DNA from: Utricularia gibba
Taxonomy: Eukaryota > Plantae > Magnoliophyta
Length of the DNA: 64,000 nucleotides
Direction: 5' to 3'
Assembly (NCBI GenBank): GCA_002189035.1
Contig: NEEC01000004.1
Coordinates: 4,154,001 to 4,218,000 of the forward strand
Part shown: one piece after another, positions 11,465 to 25,765 of the stretch
Position numbering within the stretch: position 1 is the stretch's first letter
How the letters are laid out: each line of letters opens with the position of its first letter
Notes under the pieces: model-generated
The model's database searches: none
The model's input: only the letters and a program-made list of their open reading frames with translations
Told to the model about the DNA's origin: nothing
Program-made: the position numbers and the translations under genes

Positions 11465-14400
11465 ATGGAAACGGGGAGGTGCAGAGAGTGGGAAGTGCTC
11501 GCCTGAGCAACTCCAGCGTCTGGAGAAACTCGGACGTCGATGTTTTCTCGAGGTCGAGGGAGGTGGATGACGAGGAAGCTCTGACCTGGGCTTCTCTGGA
11601 GAGGCTGCCGACGTACCTCAGGATACGGCGTGGCATTCTTGCAGAGGAAGAGGGGAAGTTCAGAGAGATCGACATCAAGAAACTTGGGTTTGTGGAGAGA
11701 AGAAGCCTCATTGAAAGGCTACTCAAGACGGTTGAGGAAGACAATGAGAAGTTCCTATTGAAGCTGAAACAAAGGATTCAAAGGTAAAACAGTGCTTCAA
11801 GCCGAGTTGGATTCAACTCTTGTATTGTATCTTCTTTATGGTGTTCTTCTTCTGTCCACTGAACCTCGTTTTTCAATGAAAACCCGATAGAAATGGCACT
11901 AGAGGTTTGTGTATCATAGGGATTTAGAGATGTTCTTTTTTGCATTGGGTGTTGATAGGGTGGGCCTTGACTTCCCCACGATTGAAGTGAGGTTCCAACG
12001 TCTACAAGTAGATGCTGATGCATACGTAGGAGAAAGAGCCTTGCCAACAGTGTTCAACTTCACAACCAACATCGTTGAGGTAATGAAATAGAACTGGACT
12101 TGGATGGTGCATCCTTGAAATCTGTCTAAATATTTTATGATTGATGTATAGGGGTTCTTGAGCCGTATTCGGATTCTTCCAAATCAGAAGAAACCGTTTC
12201 CAATTCTACGTGATGTCAGTGGGATCATCAGACCAGGAAGGTTGTTGTTAGGAATCAGCCATACCATTTTCTTCTGGTTTTTTTCCCAAGTTCGTCTTAT
12301 GAAGAATTTTGTTGTTATTCATTTGTAGAATGACCTTGCTTCTAGGCCCTCCTAGCTCAGGGAAAACAACCCTTCTGCTAGCTTTGGCTGGAAAACTTGA
12401 TCAGAACTTGAAAGTAAGGAGTGACAAAAGGCTTTACCTGCTTCTCATTTCAAAACCCTAATAAAATTATCTTTCGAGTCATCAGGTGCAGGGAAAGATA
12501 ACATACAATGGCCATGACATGAATGAATTCGAGCCTCGGAGGACTTCAGCTTACATAAGCCAATACGATGTTCATATTCCAGAGCTTACAGTTCGAGAAA
12601 CGCTTGCATTTTCTGCAAGATGCCAAGGAGTTGGACAACGCTATGGTTGGAAATGAAACCATTATTTTCAACTACTTCAGTAGCTTTAAAACATGAGTAG
12701 TCTCATTGTTCATTCATTTGAACTTTTTCAGAAATGCTTGCGGAGTTATCAAGACGGGAAAAGGAAGCAAATATTAAACCAGATCCTGATATTGATATGT
12801 ACATGAAGGTTTGTGTGGTTACTTGTCTGTATTCATCAGTCCACACTGCAAAAATGCAAAAGAAGTAGATACTTACTCTTCTGCATGTCTACTACATAGG
12901 CGACATCGTTAGAAGGACAAGAAGAAAACATTGTAATAGACTATGTCATGAAGGTAAATAAACAGCATGATGCTTCATTACATATAGAGGGACACTCATA
13001 TGAATCCACTGGACTTGAAATATTCCATTTACAGATCCTGGGGCTTGAGGTCTGTGCAGATATTATTGTTGGTGATCATATGATCCGAGGAATTTCAGGT
13101 GGACAGCGAAAACGACTAACAACAGGTAGGCATGTAGCAATCTCTATTATGGATCAAACTATATGGCTTTATGTTACTCCAGAAGTTGAAGAATAGCAGT
13201 GACCATTGTTTATCTGTGTAGGTGAAATGCTTGTTGGACCAGCCAGAGCACTATTTATGGATGAAATATCAACTGGTTTAGACAGTTCCACTACATTTCA
13301 AATAGTGAATTCCATAAAGCAATCAATCCACATTTTACAAGGAACTGCATTGATCGCCCTCCTGCAACCTGCACCTGAGACTTATGACCTTTTTGATGAC
13401 ATAATTGTTCTTTCGGATGGCCAGATTGTTTACCAAGGGCCCCGTGAAAATGTACTTGAGTTTTTCGAGTTTATGGGGTTCAAATGTCCAAAGAGAAAAG
13501 GAGTTGCAGACTTTTTGCAAGAGGTGACCTCAAATTCCACTCTTTGACCTAGTTCTATCTCTTGTTTACTTTCCTCTGGTTTCAAGGATTTCAGGTTACA
13601 TCCAAAAAAGATCAAGAACAGTATTGGAATAACAAAGATGAGCCGTACCATTATGTTTCAGTCAATGAGTTTTCAGAGGCATTTCAAAATTTTCACATTG
13701 GACAAAGGCTTGGTGATGAACTTGCTGTTCCTTTTAATAAAGAAAAGAGCCATCCAGCCGCCCTTACGAAGACAAAGTATGGCGTCGGAAAGATGGAAAT
13801 CCTAAAAGCCTGTGCAGCAAGAGAATTCTTGTTGATAAAGAGAAATTCATTTGTCTTCATATTCAAGCTAGTTCAAGTAAGGAGCATGCCTCATGCATTT
13901 CCCCAAGTTCCATGATACTAATGACATAGTCTTCTTCATGTTTCAGCTTACTCTCATGGCTACAATGTCATTCACAGTGTTCCTGCGGGTTAAAATGAGA
14001 AAGGATACATTAAAAGATGGTGTGGTTTACTTGGGAGCACTTTTCTATGCCTTGCTGCTAGTGATGTTCAATGGATTTGCAGAGCTTGCACTTACTATTT
14101 TGAAACTTCCAGTCTTCTTTAAGCAAAGAGACTTGTTATTTTTTCCAGCATGGGCTTATTCACTACCTCAATTCATTCTTAGAATTCCGATCACCCTTTA
14201 TGAAATTCCAGTATGGGTTTGTTTAACATATTACACTACCGGATATGATCCTGATCCTGCAAGGTAACTACTGATTTTCCTCTAGCTATACTAATCGCTG
14301 AAAGTAGTGCATCTCTAAATTCTTAAAACTACAGATTTTTCAAGCACATGCTTCTGCTTGTACTTGTAAACCAAACCGCTGGAGGACTATTCCGTTTAAT

Positions 14401-17400
14401 AGCAGCCTTGGGAAGGAATGTGGTTGTTGCAAACACCTTTGGCACAGCATCACTTCTTGTAGTTCTTGCCTTAGGTGGATTCATTCTTTCAAGAGGTATG
14501 TATTCCTCAGTTACTCATGGCTTGTGTGTGTGTGCTGTTGCTCAATCTTTTGGCACATCTTTTTCAGATAATATAAAGAAATGGTGGATTTGGGGCTACT
14601 GGATCTCCCCTTTGATGTATGCAGAAAATGCAATCACAGTAAATGAGTTTCTAGGCAAGAGTTGGAATCATGTAAGAACATTATGACAGATGCAAGTTTT
14701 GGTTCCTTTGCGAAGTGTAATAGTCTTGTCAGCCTCATCGTTCTTTCTACTGCAGGTTCCACCAAATTCAACTGAACCACTTGGTGTTCTGGTGCTCAAG
14801 TCTCGGGGAATTTTTCCAGATGCTCGTTGGTACTGGATTGGTGTAGGAGCCCTCGTTGGGTTCATCTTCTTCTTCAACTTCTCAGCAATCTTTGCTCTAA
14901 CTTGGCTCAAACGTAAGTATTACTTAAGGATATGACAGCAAAAAAAAAAATGGAAGTGATATATAACTCATGCAGCGTTTGGGAAGACACATGCTTTTTT
15001 ATCAAAAGAAGCAGCAGAAGAGAATCTGGTTGCAAACAAAGAAACCATGAATACAAGCAGAGAAAGTGCCATTAGGAGAAATGCATCATCTGCAGTTGGT
15101 AATACAAGCAATAATGATCACAGTCGAAAAAGAGGAATGATTCTGCCATTCGAACCTCTGTCAATAACATTTGATGACATTTGTTATGCAGTAGATATGC
15201 CAAAGGTGTGAGATTGATCCTGGTGCTCAATTTTTTTCTACATATATTGACTGATATGAACTTTTTTTGACTTAATTCCCAGGAAATGAGCAGTCAAAAC
15301 TTGGGAACTGATAAACTAGAGCTCCTGAAAAGTGTAAGTGGAGCTTTTCGACCAGGTGTTTTAACAGCTCTTATGGGAGTAAGTGGAGCAGGAAAAACTA
15401 CTCTGTTAGATGTTTTGGCTGGAAGAAAAACAAGAGGATACATTCAAGGTACAATCAAAATATCAGGATATCCGAAGAAACAGGAAACATTCGCTCGAAT
15501 ATCAGGTTACTGTGAGCAGAATGACATCCATACACCTCAAGTTACAGTATATGAATCACTTCAATTCTCTGCACGTCTTCGTTTACCACCTGAAGTTGAT
15601 CATGATACAAGAAAAGTATGCATTTTTTCATATTTCTGAATATTATTACATACAATGGTTACTTGAGATTTATAGTTTTGTTTACAATAGATGTTTGTCG
15701 AGGAAGTCATGGAACTTGTTGAACTCACACCACTAAGAGATGCACTGGTTGGTTTGCCGGTGAGAACGGCCTCTCCACTGAACAAAGAAAGAGATTGACC
15801 ATTGCGGTTGAGCTTGTGGCAAATCCTTCAATTATATTCATGGACGAACCAACATCAGGACTAGATGCTAGAGCAGCTGCAATTGTGATGAGAACAGTGA
15901 GGAACACAGTAGACACGGGAAGAACAGTTGTTTGCACAATTCATCAACCGAGCATTGATATATTCGATGCATTTGATGAGGTTCGTATCATCATAAACAT
16001 CAATAAGTCATGTTTCTTGCTAGATAAATGTCACCAAGGTTGACTGGTTGATTTACATTGCAGCTGCAACTGTTAAAAATAGGAGGTGAAGAAATATATG
16101 TCGGTCCACTAGGAAAAGATTGCTGTGAGCTGATCAAGTACTTCGAGGTGAGGCATTGTTTATGAAAATCTTTTATGAAGATGAACATTCCTGTTAACTG
16201 CTTTGTTTCTAGAGTGTGCAAGGAGTTAGTAAAATCAAAGATGGCTATAATCCAGCAACATGGATGTTGGAAGTGACCTCAACATTAAATGAAGAAACAC
16301 TTGGGGTTGATTTTGCAGAGCTATACAAAAACTCAGAGCTTTACAGGTATTGTAGGAAAGCATTATTGTGTTCGGTGGGCTCCTTATCCTTATCTCCTTC
16401 TAATATATTTCCAGGAGAAACAAAGCATTGATCTCTGAATATAGCAAACCAGCTCCAAATACGAAAGACTTGCATTTCCCTACCCGCTATTCCCAGTCCT
16501 TATGGAGACAATGCATCATATGCTTATGGAAACAAACACTGGCATATTGGAGGAATCCCCCTTTCACTGCAGTGAAACTACTTTACACTACATTCATAGC
16601 CCTTATGTTTGGAACTATGTTCTGGGATCTCGGCTCCAAAAGGTGAAACTTTTTTCGAATTAATTTGACAGCTGATAAGTTGCAGTAGTTCTTATACATG
16701 GTCTCATGGTGTGCAGGGGCAACTTACAAGATCTGTTCAATGCCATTGGTTCTATGTATGCTGCTGTTTTATTTCTTGGAATTCAAAATGCCACATCCAT
16801 TCAACCAGTTGTTGCTGTCGAAAGAACAGTTTTCTATAGAGAAAGAGCTGCAGGATTATACTCATCTATGCCGTACGCATTCGGACAGGTACCCAAAATC
16901 CCCTTGATCATTCATAAACACTTACCCAAATAACTTCATCTTTTGTTTTTTCTTCAGATTGTTGTTCAGCTCCCATACCTTTTTGCACAAGTAATCTTGT
17001 ATGGTGTCATTGTGTATGCAATGATCGGATTCGAATGGAACGCAGCAAAGTTCTTCTGGTACCTTTTCTTCATGTTCCTCACCTTCTTCTACTTCACACT
17101 GTACGGGATGATGACAGTGGCCGTCACACCAAACCAAAACATCGCTGCCATCATTTCCACTGCATTCTACGCACAATGGAACCTTTTCTCCGGATTCATC
17201 ATCCCCAAAACAGTGAGAACACCTCTTCCCTATCCACAATCTTCTTCCCAAACGATGTAGCCTTACCTGATCTGATGTTGTGCAGAGGATTCCGGTATGG
17301 TGGCGATGGTACTACTACCTGAGCCCCATTGGGTGGACACTGAACGGACTCATCACATCGCAGTTCGGAGACCTGGAAACCAGGGTTTCCGGTGACCAGA

Positions 17401-17543
17401 CGGTGGAGGGCTTCTTGCATGAGTACTTCGGGTTCAGACACGACGAACTGGGATACGTTGCCTTGATTGTGGTTGGGATCACTCTCATCTTTGGCCTCAT
17501 TTTCACTGTATCTATCAGGATATTTAACTTCCAGAAAAGGTAG
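11465..17543 (+). CDS. Full-size ABCG / pleiotropic drug resistance (PDR) transporter, copy 1 (about 23 exons; 2 apparent -1 frameshifts)
   Basis: PDR N-terminus [20 protein letters not shown]1: [35 protein letters not shown]2: [39 protein letters not shown]. Ends FNFQKR*. One base is missing at G-run 11473-11476 (ATG GAA ACG GG[G] GAG) and at about 15757-15760. Confidence 0.95.
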
Positions 17544-19859
17544 GGGATAGCTGCACGTGCTTGTCTTAGGAATCTTTATTTAACTCATCTCACATTTAAA
17601 TAGTTGATGTATTATTATTAAAATTAAATAGTTAATATATGGGGCATGTTTAATAATTTGAAGTTCTGTTTTAGATGATGTAAAATAGAATCAATTTTGA
17701 GATGATAAAACTATTCTATATAATAATATAAATTATATTATATAGTTTTAATATGATAAATTATATATTATCAATTTAATAGATTAAATTATTATAGAAT
17801 TTAAAGTGATGATTTAAATCTATTTTTAAAATTAATAAAAAATGTAATTTATTTATTTTATCTCTTATTTAATCATTAATATAAATATTTAATAAATTCA
17901 ATAATTCATGAAGTTAATTACATATTTGAACTTATGATTTTATTACAGAATAAATAAAAATAACAATTTTCAATAATTAAACAAAATCATTTCAATAAAT
18001 TATGTAAATAGAACATGCACACGGTATTTATAATCTTTATTGCATTGAATTCACTAAGTAGAAAATCAATTTTAAAAAAGATAAATATTCGAAATCAATC
18101 TTAAGCATGAAAAAATTCTAAAAAAATTCTAAAATTATGATTAAATCGATATCTAAACGAAAATTGTTTAAAGGTAATATTAAAAATAATTGAATTCATG
18201 TGTTCTGTTTTATTAATTTGATAAAACTATTTAAAATATATTTTTTCATAATAATCAATAATCATTTTTATATTAATATAACTAAAAGGTAAATGAATCA
18301 AAATCAATCAAAAACAATATGAATCATAATATATGATTAAATTGAATGAATTATTCGGACCATCCAATTTCACCCTTAGGTTGATAAATAAGTGTTTGAT
18401 TTTGATTAATAAATACGTTGACTTCGTATTAAATAAAATAATAAATATTCATATTTTAAAAAAGAGTATTTATCTTGAATATTTCACAAAAGCGTTTCCT
18501 AAACCGGATTCTTCTTGTCTCACTCTCATGGTTGTTTCCCGGTCCGGTTCGCCGGTTCAACTTAAGTAGTCATTAATCACCCTTCTTACAAGCCTTAAAC
18601 CCTCGCCCACCCTAAACCATACATACAATCAAACTACTCATGTGGTAGACGTTGAATTTGAGAACTGAATTATTTGAAATTAACATAATTTTTTATTTTA
18701 TTTACTTATAATATAATATTTTTTTCATTATGGTTTCTAAATATGGAATGAATTATTGTTGACATTTTAGGCCTTCCGCTATCCTATTTAGGGTTTACCA
18801 ACAACACAAATGACACAATATTTTTGAAAATTAACCATCCTGACATTTTTTAACACACACTAACACTAAAATTTTATATATAGAATGGTTATTTTTAAGA
18901 TAGATAACAGATACTTATCAAAAGTGATCCCAAATGTGAGTGTAAAGACACGTGTAAGTTTTAGGTTGGTGGTGCTACTACAACACGTGGAGATTTGGAC
19001 AGGGGCGTAGGTGTTCTTCTGTTGTATTTTTTTCAAGACTTGGCTTGGGTTCACATTAACTCTTATTTATGGCTACATACAAAGTCAAAGTGTACTTGCA
19101 AAGCAAATTCTTGAGAAAAACCGTACGAACACACAGGATTGGTTGGATAGAATATCAAACACTATTTTATTTAAAATATTTATCAAATGAATTTAGTTAA
19201 TCTATGATATTATAATATTTGTAGTTTTTTATTTTTAAATTATTTATTCTGAAAATTTTATTTAATTGTAAAATTTTGTATCAAAACTTGATAAATAGTA
19301 TTTTATATAAAATATAATTATTCATATTTTAAATTATTAATTTTTGTGTAAGTTGATTCCATATATATTTATTATATGTTTTGTATAATATTTTTATATT
19401 GTATTCTTACTTTACAGGATGAGAGTGTAAAAAAAAATCATAAATATTTTTTCATTATTCATTCATACCCAATTTAAATTGTGATTCATAAAAAAAAATA
19501 CGTTATTTCAAAGAATGTAGAAATGATTTCAGTCTTATTTTCATCATTCTCATTATTAATAAAATAAGAATGTAAAATAATCTTTTTAAAAAAAGTTTTA
19601 TTTTTTATTATATCGTTCAAACGACAACATCCAATTTCTTTGGATGACAGAATATAGTATAAAGAGGTATATATTTTTATTATTTTCTTAAAAAAACTTA
19701 TCAATATTTGGTTTTTAAATTTAATTTAGAATATTGGTATATGCAGTATCCTGGAGTTAGGCGCTTCGACCTCCCCTGTGTGTAGGTACCATGGCTAGTG
19801 GTTGGAGTGCTTTGTTCTTTTTATCGTTCTCGCCTTAAACCCTCTGCCTGCAGGATGGT

Positions 19860-19867
19860 TATATAAA
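19860..19867 (+). promoter_or_regulatory. TATA box of ABCG copy 2
   Basis: TATATAAA about 45 nt upstream of ATG 19907. Confidence 0.5.
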
Positions 19868-19906
19868 GCTTGCTTCCGCTTGTAGCAGAGCAGTGAGGCT
19901 GTAAGA

Positions 19907-22900
19907 ATGCAGGCGGGAGAAGTGCGACGAGCAGCCAGCGCCCGTCTGAGCGACTCCAACTTATGGAGAAACCCCAGCACGGGTGACTTCTCGAGGTCGA
20001 GTGGTGTCGATGATGAAGAAGCTCTCATGTGGGCATCTCTCGAACGCCTGCCGACTTACAGTCGGATCCGGCGGGGCATCCTCACCGGAGAGGAGGGGGT
20101 GTCAGAGAGATTGACATCAAGGATCTTGGGTTCGTGGAAAGAAGAAACCTCGTTGAAAGGCTGCTGAAAACTGTGGAGCAAGACAACGAGAAGTTTCTAC
20201 TGAAGTTGAAGGAAAGGATTCAGAGGTACTTCACTTCATTGCATCCATTTTGAGGTGCCATAACTTGCATCGATTTTCAGGGTTGGGCTTGAGTTTCCCA
20301 CGATTGAAGTGAGGTTCCAGGATTTGCATGTGGAGGCTAATGTGCATGTCGGGGGAGAGCCTTGCCATCAGTTTACAACTACATTGTCAACATCCTTGAG
20401 GTGATCAAAGTTTGTGCTAGAAAATGTTGTCTTGAACATGAGCAACTCCTTCATCTGCATGGTTCATGAATAGGGATTGCTGAGCAGCATTCGAATTCTT
20501 CCGAGTCGCAAGAAGCCCATATCGATTCTTCGTAATGCAAGTGGAATCATCAGACCTGGAAGGTCGTTATTACTAAGAATCAGACATACCATTCATCTTC
20601 TTTCTTTCTATCTTTTTTTCATTACATGTACTAAATGAATGTGCTGTTGTGGATGTATAGAATGACTTTGCTGTTAGGCCCTCCTTCCTCAGGGAAAACT
20701 ACACTTCTTAAGGCGTTGGCCGGAAAACTTGATTGTGACTTAAAAGTAAGAAGTCATGGGTTCTTTAGCTGTAAACCTCATTTCAGGGAAAACTACACTC
20801 TTCCTCATTTGTCATGTACAAGGAAGAGTGACGTATAATGGGCATGAGATGAATGAATTCGAGCCTCGAAGAGTATCGGCTTACATAAGTCAGCACGATC
20901 TTCATATTCCAGAGCTGACAGTTCGAGAAACACTTGCATTCTCTGCAAGGGTCCAAGGAGTTGGGACACACTATGGTTGCAACACAAAAGAATAACATCA
21001 CAATCATCCATATCGGTATATAGAAACAAGCATTGTTGATTTGTTCTCAATGTGTTTCAGAAATGTTGGCTGAGTTATTGAGACGAGAGAAGGAAGCTAA
21101 CATTAAACCTGATCCTGATATCGATATCTTCATGAAGGTCATGACTGTGTTAGAGAAAGAGGACTTATCACCTTACCATGAACCCTAAAAACTGCTAGGT
21201 TTTATTCTTTTCATTCAGCAGGCATCATCCATAGAAGGAAATGAAGCAAGCATTGTAACAGACTATGTCATTAAGGTAATAAGTAACTCTGAAGGTGTAA
21301 GAACTTATGTGGGAGGGAAGGCTCACATCCATCCATTGGATTTGTAATCTTCTTCTTCAGATATTGGGACTTGATATCTGTGCTGATAGTCTTGTTGGTA
21401 ACGAAATGATCCGAGGAATTTCAGGGGGTCAGCGAAGGAGACTGACTACAGGTATATGTCAGTTATGCATCATTCAGATGTTCAAGAATTGGAGTATACA
21501 ATTTTCTTTTGAATGGCACCCAGGTGAGATGATTGTTGGGCCAGCAAGAGCACTTTTTATGGATGAGATATCAACCGGTTTGGATACCAAGACGACTTTC
21601 CAAATCGTGAACTCCATAAAGCAAGCTATTCACATCTTACAAGGAAATGCACTGATCTCCCTTTTACAACCAGCACCGGAGACGTTTGACTTATTCGATG
21701 ACATAATTCTTCTTTCCGATGGACAAGTTGTTTACCATGGTCCCCGTGAAAATGTCCTTGACTTCTTTGAATTTATGGGGTTCAAATGTCCCCGGAGAAA
21801 AGGAGTTGCAGACTTTCTGCAAGAGGTGAACCATATAAATATGCTTTTGAGCTTATACCCAAGCTTTCTGCTTTCCTCTGATTAAGGTCATTCGTTATTC
21901 TAGGTAACATCCAAGAAGGACCAAGAACAATATTGGAATAAGGCAGATGAGCCTTACCACTTTGTTACCATCAATGAGTTCTCAGAAGCATTTCAAAACT
22001 TCCACATTGGACAGAAACTTCCTGATGAACTAGCTATTCCTTTCAACAACGAAAAGTATCATCCAATTGCTCTCACAACCACAAAGTATGGTATTGGAAA
22101 TAAGGAGGTTCTGAAAGCATGTTTTGCTAGAGAATACCTCCTGATGAAGAGGAATTCATTTTTCTACATATACAAGATATTTCAAGTAAGAAGTGAGCAC
22201 ATATTCATTCATAATATTTTACTTTCGTTGTTATTTACCTTCTTCATCCTATCTCAGCTCTTTCTCGTGGCTGTAACATCTAGCACGGTGTTTTTACGTG
22301 TTGATATGCACAAAGATACTACAACAGACGGTTTCATTTACATAGGAGCACTTTTCTTTGCCTTGATATCTGCTATGTTTGGTGGATTTGGGGAGCTTGG
22401 AATGAGTATTTTAAAACTTCCAATCTTCTATAAACAAAGAGACATGCTGTTTTTTCCTCCATGGGCTTATTCACTACCTCAATGGATCCTTAAAATTCCA
22501 ATCACACTTTGTGAAATGCCCATTTGGGTTGCCATAACATATTACACTTCGGGGTATGATCCGGATGTTTCAAGGTAATATTCCCCTCTAGTTATCTGTA
22601 CATATTGGTCAACTTCTCTAACTTAGTGAACCATTAGACTTTTCAAGCACATGTTGATCTTGATGCTCACTGACCAAGCTGCTGGCGGACTCTTCCGATT
22701 CATGGCGGCCTTGGGAAGGAGTATGGTTGTTTCAAATACCTTTGGGTCATGTGCTCTTTTCACAATCATGGCTTTAGGTGGATTTGTTCTTTCAAGAGGT
22801 AGTTTATTGAAAGTTGAATGTCAGCCCCCCTACATTCATCTTCAACTTATTTGATGAACGTTGTGTTGTATACATCTTTTTAGATGATATAAGAGAATGG

Positions 22901-25765
22901 TGGATGTGGGGCTATTGGATCTCACCATTGATGTATGCTCAAAATGCGATCTTAGTGAATGAATTTCTCGGAAAGAGTTGGAGCCATGTAATAACATTTT
23001 GCAGCTTTTCTTGTTTGATTAGAAAAACTCAATGAAAGGTTTACAGGTTGCTTTGAATTCAAGTGAGTCACTTGGAGTACAAGTGCTCAAGTATAGAGGC
23101 ATTTTTCCAGAGGCAAAATGGTATTGGATCGGTGTTGGAGCACTCATTGGATTCATGTTCTTGTTCAACTTCTTAGCAATCTTGGCTCTGACTTGGCTAA
23201 ACCGTAAGTATTTAGTTATGGTGCAAATTACAATACTCAGACCTTGAATGAGAAACACAAGATGCATGTAACTGATGCAGCCTACGGGAAAACACAAACT
23301 CTTTTATCCCAAGAAACAATTGAAGTGAAGTCATCCAGCAATCAAAGAGATATGTCATCATCCTTATCAAGAGTGGGAAGTATACAAAATATTGATTCGA
23401 ATCCACAAAAAGGGATGATTCTACGATTCCAACCTCTTTCTATTATATTTGATGATATTCATTATTTTGTAGATATGCCAAAGGTAAATGACTAATCTAG
23501 AGCTCAAGTTCACTTCTACAGAACTTTTGTTTTACATTGAGTCCATCATGGTTTCCAATAGGAAATGAAAGCTCATAATCTGGGAATTAATAAACTAGAG
23601 CTTCTGAAAGGTGTAAGTGGAGCCTTTAGACCAGGTGTTTTGACAGCCCTTATGGGAGTCAGTGGAGCAGGCAAAACTACTCTGATGGATGTTTTAGCTG
23701 GAAGGAAAACAAGAGGACATATTGAAGGAACAATCAAAATATCTGGATATCCAAAGAAGCAAGTATCATTTGCTCGGATATCAGGTTACTGTGAGCAAAC
23801 TGACATTCATACACCTCATGTTACAGTCTATGAATCACTTCTGTTCTCTGCTCGTCTTCGTTTACCAACTGAAGTTAATGATGAAACAATAAGGGTATGT
23901 TTGTTAGTTTATAAATATTATTAGTAAATAAAGTTGCATACTCTTGTATAACAAAAAACAAAAAGAATTGCAGATGTTTGTAGAGGAAGTCATGGAACTG
24001 GTTGAACTTACACCACTAAGAAATGGTCTAGTTGGATTTCCTGGTGAGAATGGTCTCTCAACTGAACAAAGAAAGAGACTAACTATTGCGGTTGAGCTTG
24101 TTGCAAACCCTTCGATCATTTTTATGGATGAGCCAACATCAGGACTAGATGCTAGAGCTGCTGCCATTGTGATGAGAACTGTGAGGAACACAGTTGACAC
24201 TGGACGAACAATCGTGTGCACCATCCATCAACCAAGCATTGATATCTTTGATGCATTTGATGAGGTTTGTATCATCGCAATCATCTTCAATCCAATCGCA
24301 TGGTAGTTTAATGAATCTAGTTTTGATATTCATTTCAGTTGCTGCTACTAAAACGAGGAGGTGAAGAAATATATGCTGGTTCATTGGGGAGACATTGTTG
24401 TGATCTCATTGAGTACTTTGAGGTGAGATGTTTATGAAAATCAGACATGAAAATTATTTTACAAAGTTACTTTTCATGTGAGCTTGTCTTTTTAGAGCAT
24501 ACAAGGGGTTAAAAAAATCAATGATGGTTATAACCCTGCAACATGGATGTTGGAAGTTACTTCATCAATGACAGAAGAAATACTTGGTATTGATTTTGCG
24601 GAGATATACAAGAATTCTGATTTACATAGGTAGTATATTAAAGCATTTTTTATTAACTTGTTCATCATTTTAATCTTATTCTAACAATATTCTCAGGAAA
24701 AACAAAGCATTGGTCATGGCTTTGAGCATACCAACACCAAACTCAAAAGAACTACATTTTTCAACCCCATATTCACAATCCTTATGGACACAATGCGCCA
24801 TTTGCTTATGGAAACAAACACGAGCATATTGGAGGAATCCCTCTTTCACAGCAGTGAAGCTCCTTTTCACTTTCTTTATAGCCATCATCATTGGAACTAT
24901 ATTCTTCAATCTTGGCAACAAAAGGTACTTGTTATTTATATTACATTATGAGAGAAGCTCACATCTATATTCTCTAACACTCAATGTGCAGGAGAACTGA
25001 ACAAGACATCTTCAATGCAATTGGTTCTATGTATAATGCTGTATTATTTCTGGGAGTTCAAAGTGCTGCATCCGTTCAACCAGTAGTAGATAATGAGAGA
25101 ACAGTGTACTATAGAGAAAGAGCTGCAGGAATGTACTCATCTCTACCATATGCATTTGGCCAGATTGTTGTTCAACTCCCCTACTTATTCACACAGACAA
25201 TCATCTATGGTGTGATAGTATATGCAATGATCGGATTCGAATGGAGCTCGGTGAAGTTCATATGGTTTATTTTTTTCATGTTCTTCACCTTCATCTACTT
25301 CACATTATATGGGATGATGCTGGTGGCATTGACACCAAACCAAAACATTGCCTCAATCATAGCAAGTGCATTTTATGCACAGTGGAACCTTTTCTCAGGA
25401 TTCATTATTCCGAAAACAGTAAGCTACCATCTGTTAAACCATATTCTAGTTTTTTTGTAACATGATAGCATTCCAAAATAACATAACACCCCTTTTTGTT
25501 CTTGTAGAGGATTCCTGTGTGGTGGCAATGGAACTATTACCTTGACCCCATCAGTTGGACACTTAATGGACTTGTTACATCCCAATTTGGAGACATACAA
25601 GACATGCTTGACACTGATCAGACTGTGGAGAGTTTTGTGCATAGCTTCTTTGGTTTCAAGCATGACAGATTGGGATATGCTGCAGTGATTGTCGTTGCAT
25701 TTGGCCTAGTTTATGGCATCATATTCACTGTGTCGATCAAGATGTTTAACTTTCAAAAGAGATAG
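19907..25765 (+). CDS. Full-size ABCG / PDR transporter, copy 2, tandem paralogue (about 22 exons; 2 apparent -1 frameshifts)
   Basis: Same domain order and nearly all the same intron positions as copy 1. Motifs [61 protein letters not shown]; ends MFNFQKR*. One base is missing in G-runs 20095-20099 and 20351-20355. Confidence 0.95.

Noticed and set aside
11465-25765. Calling the PDRs (and RDR6, ANTH, PPR, SHN, ankyrin) pseudogenes
   Set aside because: The lesions are almost all single-base homopolymer deletions with full conservation on either side, which fits sequencing error.
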